Position numbers and translations under genes: made by a program. A stretch of 64,000 nucleotides of DNA from Eledone cirrhosa (lineage: Eukaryota): assembly GCA_964016885.1 (NCBI GenBank), contig OZ024740.1, positions 401,326,001 to 401,390,000 on the forward strand. The letters run 5' to 3'. The notes below the pieces were generated by a model, which was not told the DNA's origin, made no database searches, and worked only from the letters and a program-made list of their open reading frames with translations. Below are positions 60,151 through 64,000 of the stretch, in pieces; the first letter of the stretch is position 1; each line of letters opens with the position of its first letter.

Positions 60151-63100
60151 AGAATCAGTACAACATAGAACACTATGTAGAATCAGTACAACATAGAACA
60201 CTATGTAGAATCAGTACAACATAGAACAATATGTAGAATCAGTACAACATAGAACACCATGTAGAATCAACTCAACATAGAACATTACGTAGAATCAGTG
60301 CAACATAGAACACTATGTAGAATCAGTACAGTAGAGAACACTATGTAGAATCAGTACAATATAGAACACTATGTAGAGTCAGTACAACATAGAACACTAT
60401 GTAGAATCAGTACAACATAGAACAATATGTAGAATCAGTACTACATAGAATACCATGTAGAATCAACTCAACGTAGAACATTACGTAGAATCAGTACAAC
60501 ATAGAACACTATGTAGAATCAGTACAGTATAGAACACTATGTAGAATCAGTACAGTATAGAACACTATGTAGAATCAGTACAATATATAACACTATGTAG
60601 AATCAACTCAACATAGAACACTATGTAGAGTCACTACAGTATAGAGCACTATGTAGATTCAGTACAACATAGAACGCTATGTAGAATCAGTACAACATAG
60701 AACACTATGTAGAATCAGCACAGGATAGAACACTATGTAGTATCAATACAACATAGAGCACTATGTAGAATTAGTACAGTATAGAACACTATGTAGAATC
60801 AGTACAGTATAGAACACTATGTAGAATCAGTACATCATAGAACACTATGTAGAATCAGTACAGTATAGAATACTATGTAGAATCAGTACAGTATATAACA
60901 CTATGTAGAATCAGTACAGTATAGAACACTATGTAGAATCAGTACAACATAGAACACTATGTAGATTCAGTACAGTATAGAACACTATGTAGAATCAGTA
61001 CAGCATAGAACATTATGCAGAATCAGTACAGTATAGGACACTATGTAGAATCAGTACAGTATAGAACACTATGTAGAATCAGTACAGTATAGAACACTAT
61101 GAAGAATCAGAACACTATAGAACACTATATAGAATCAGTACAGTATAGAACACTATGTATAATCAGTACAGTATAGAACACTATGTAGGATCAGAACACT
61201 ATAGAACACTATGTAAAATCAGTACAACATAGAACACTATGTAGAATCAATACAACATAGAACACTATGTAGAATCAGTACAGTAGAGAGCACTATCTCG
61301 AATCAGTACAACATAGAACACTATGCAGAATCAGTACAACATAGACCACTATGTAGAATCAGTACTGTATAGAACACTATGTAGTATCAGTACAACATAG
61401 AACACTATGTAGAATCAGTACAGTATAGAACACTATGTAGATTCAGTACAGTATAGAACACTATGTAGAATCAGTACAGTATAGAACACTATGTAGAATC
61501 AGTACAACATAGAACACTATGTAGAATCAGTACAACATAGAACACCATGTAGAATCAACTCAACATAGAACATTACGTAGAATCATTACAACATAGAACA
61601 CTATGTAGAATCAGTACAGTAGAGAACACTATGTAGAATCAGTACAATATAGAACACTATGTAGAGTCAGTACAACATAGAACACTATGTAGAATCAGTA
61701 CAACATAGAACAATATGTAGAATCAGTACAACATAGAACACCATGTAGAAACAACTCAACTTAGAACATTACGTAGAATCAGTACAACATAGAACACTAT
61801 GTAGAATCAGTATAGTATAGAACACTATGTAGAATCAGTACAGTATAGAACACTATGTAGAATCAGTACAATATATAACACTATGTATAATCAGTACAGT
61901 ATAGACCACTATGTAGAATCACTAAAACATTGAACACTATGTAGAATCAACTCAACATAGAACACTATGTAGAATCAGTACACTATAGAACACTATGTAG
62001 AATCAGTACAACATAGAACACTATGTAGAATTAGTACAACATAGAACACTATGTATAATCAGTATAACATAGAACACTATGTAGAATCAGCACAGCATAG
62101 AACACTATGTAGAATATGTACAGTATAGAACACTATGTAGAATCAGTACAACATAGAACACTATGTAGAATCAGTACAATATAGACTACTATGCAGAATC
62201 AGTACAGTATAGAACACTATGTAGAATCAGTACAACATAGAACACTATGTATAATCAGTACAGTATAGAAAACTATGTATAATCAGTACAGTATAGAACA
62301 CTATGTAGGATCAGAACACTATAGAACACTATGTAAAATCAGTACAACATAGAACACTATGTAGAATCAATACAACATAGAACACTATGTAGAATCAGTA
62401 CAGTAGAGAGCACTATCTCGAATCAGTACAACATAGAACACTATGCAGAATCAGTACAACATAGACCACTATGTAGAATCAGTACTGTATAGAACACTAT
62501 GTAGTATCAGTACAACATAGAACACTATGTAGAATCAGTACAGTATAGAACACTATGTAGAATCAGTACAACATAGAACACTATGTAGAATCAGTACAAC
62601 ATAGAACACCATGTAGAATCAACTCAACATAGAACATTACGTAGTATCATTACAACATAGAACACTATGTAGAATCAGTACAGTAGAGAACACTATGTAG
62701 AATCAGTACAATATAGAACACTATGTAGAGTCAGTACAACATAGAACACTATGTAGAATCAGTACAACATAGAACAATATGTAGAATCAGTACAACATAG
62801 AACACCATGTAGAAACAACTCAACATAGAACATTACGTAGAATCAGTACAACATAGAACACTATGTAGAATCAGTACAGTATAGAACACTATGTAGAATC
62901 AGTACAGTATAGAACACTATATATAATCAGTACAACATAGAACACTATGTAGAATCAGCACAGCATAGAACACTATGTAGAATCAGTACAGTATAGAACA
63001 CTATGTAGAATCAGTACAACATAGAACACTATGTAGAATCAGTACAATATAGACTACTATGCAGAATCAGTACAGTATAGAACACTATGTAGAATCAGTA

Positions 63101-64000
63101 CAACATAGAACACTATGTATAATCAGTACAGTATAGAAAACTATGTAGAATCAGTACAGTATAGAACACTATGTAGGATCAGAACACTATAGAACACTAT
63201 GTAAAATCACTACACCATAGAAAACTATGTAGAATCAGTACAGTATAGAGCACTATGTAGAATCAGCACAACATAGAACACTATGTAGAATCAATACAAC
63301 ATAGAACACTATGTCGAATCTGTACAGTAGAGAGCACTATGTAGAATCAGTACAACATAGAACACTATGTAGAATCAGTACAACATAGAACACTATGTAG
63401 AGTCAGTACAACATAGAACACAATGTAGAATCAGTACAACATAGAACAATATGTAGAATCAGTACAACATAGAACACTATGTAGAATCAGTACAGTATAG
63501 AACACTATGTAGAATCAGTACAGTATAGAACACTATGTAGAATCAGTACAATATATAACACTATGTAGAATCAGTACAGTATAGACCACTATGTAGAATC
63601 ACTAAAACATTGAACACTATGTAGAATGAACTCAACATAGAACACTATGTAGAGTCACTACAGTATAGAGCACTATGTAGATTCAGTACAACATAGAACG
63701 CTATGTAGAATCAGTACAACATAGAACACTATGTAGAATCAGCACAGGATAGAACACTATGTGGTATCAATACAACATAGAGCACTATGTATAATTAGTA
63801 CAGTATAGAACACTATGTAGAATCAATACAGTATAGAACACTATGTAGAATCAGTACATCATAGAACACTATGTAGAATCAGTACAGTATAGAATACTAT
63901 GTAGAATCAGTACAGTATATAACACTATGTAGAATCAGTACAGTATAGAACACTATGTAGAATCAGTACAGCATAGAACACTATGAAGAATCAGTACAGT

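Larger units (their letters stand above)
47205..63940. repeat. Tandem duplication of 7281 bp (260 monomers plus 1 bp): about 47205-54485 and about 54486-63940, the second copy expanded by a nested 2240-bp duplication
   Basis: TGCAGAAGC at 47491 and 54772; TAAAATCATT at 49201 and 56482; ATGTCGAATCTG at 53791 and 63311 (offset 9520); GTGGTATC at 54325 and 63761 (offset 9436 after loss of 3 monomers). Confidence 0.93.
1..64000. repeat. 28-bp tandem satellite array, consensus TAGAACACTATGTAGAATCAGTACA[GT/AC]A, about 2,285 head-to-tail copies, open at both ends
   Basis: The monomer is visible on every line. Monomer starts at 11 and 63974 are 63963 bp apart, which equals 2285x28 minus 17 and matches the net -17 bp of small indels I counted. 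No inverted segment or non-repeat insertion was seen. Confidence 0.99.

Noticed and set aside
1-64000. CRISPR array (28-bp repeat with a small hairpin, the length of type I-F repeats)
   Set aside because: Repeats are directly adjacent with no unique spacers, the variable part is only point variants of one sequence, and no leader or cas gene is present.
1-64000. Repetitive protein-coding ORF on either strand
   Set aside because: The + consensus has two TAG per monomer and the - consensus (TACTGTACTGATTCTACATAGTGTTCTA) has TGA and TAG. The 28-bp period rotates these through all frames within 84 bp.
1-64000. Repeated ATG-TAG start-stop minigene (ACTATGTAG in each monomer)
   Set aside because: It is simply part of the consensus, with no promoter, ribosome-binding or transcript evidence.
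1-64000. Telomeric repeat or G-quadruplex array
   Set aside because: There are no G-runs or TTAGG/TTAGGG-like motifs, and kilobase block duplications of variants indicate recombinational rather than telomerase-templated growth.
1-64000. Fixed short higher-order repeat (56-bp GT/AC dimer or 168-bp nucleosome-sized hexamer)
   Set aside because: GT and AC monomers do not alternate regularly, and the duplication sizes (40, 52, 60, 80, 85, 165 monomers and others) share no common factor.
1-64000. GT/AC order as an information-bearing code
   Set aside because: The order is copied along with the duplicated blocks and is explained by array history; nothing in the sequence indicates a reader or function.
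1-64000. Assignment to a named satellite, organism or centromere (including a CENP-B box)
   Set aside because: I do not recognise the monomer, the consensus lacks the CpG-containing CENP-B box motif, and location or function cannot be inferred from this window.
1-64000. Embedded transposon, tRNA, rRNA or inverted segment
   Set aside because: None seen. The phase arithmetic (63963 + 17 = 2285x28) is also consistent with no foreign insertion.

Overview
The whole 64,000-bp window is one uninterrupted, single-orientation tandem array of a 28-bp monomer, consensus TAGAACACTATGTAGAATCAGTACA[GT/AC]A. It has about 2,285 copies and 9/28 (about 32%) G+C, and it runs off both ends of the window. I found no gene, RNA gene, transposon, CRISPR spacer or unique sequence: both strands carry stop codons in the consensus, and because 28 is not a multiple of 3 every frame is closed within about 84 bp. 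It looks like eukaryotic satellite or long minisatellite DNA, but I do not recognise the family or organism. The structure of interest is inside the array: (1) the monomer breaks down into degenerate AGWAY pentamers; (2) a two-state GT/AC site sits on one arm of a short inverted repeat; (3) rare variant monomers reveal nested kilobase-scale duplications with offsets of 1120, 1456, 1679, 2240, 2379, 4617, 5851/5935, 7281, 7446 and 11786 bp rather than one fixed higher-order repeat; (4) a cassette of about 0.7 kb recurs 35-45 kb away; (5) the 28-bp register is almost perfectly conserved. The sequence does not support a new gene-based biological system. Offsets were read by eye from diagnostic variants, and block boundaries are approximate to within one or two monomers.
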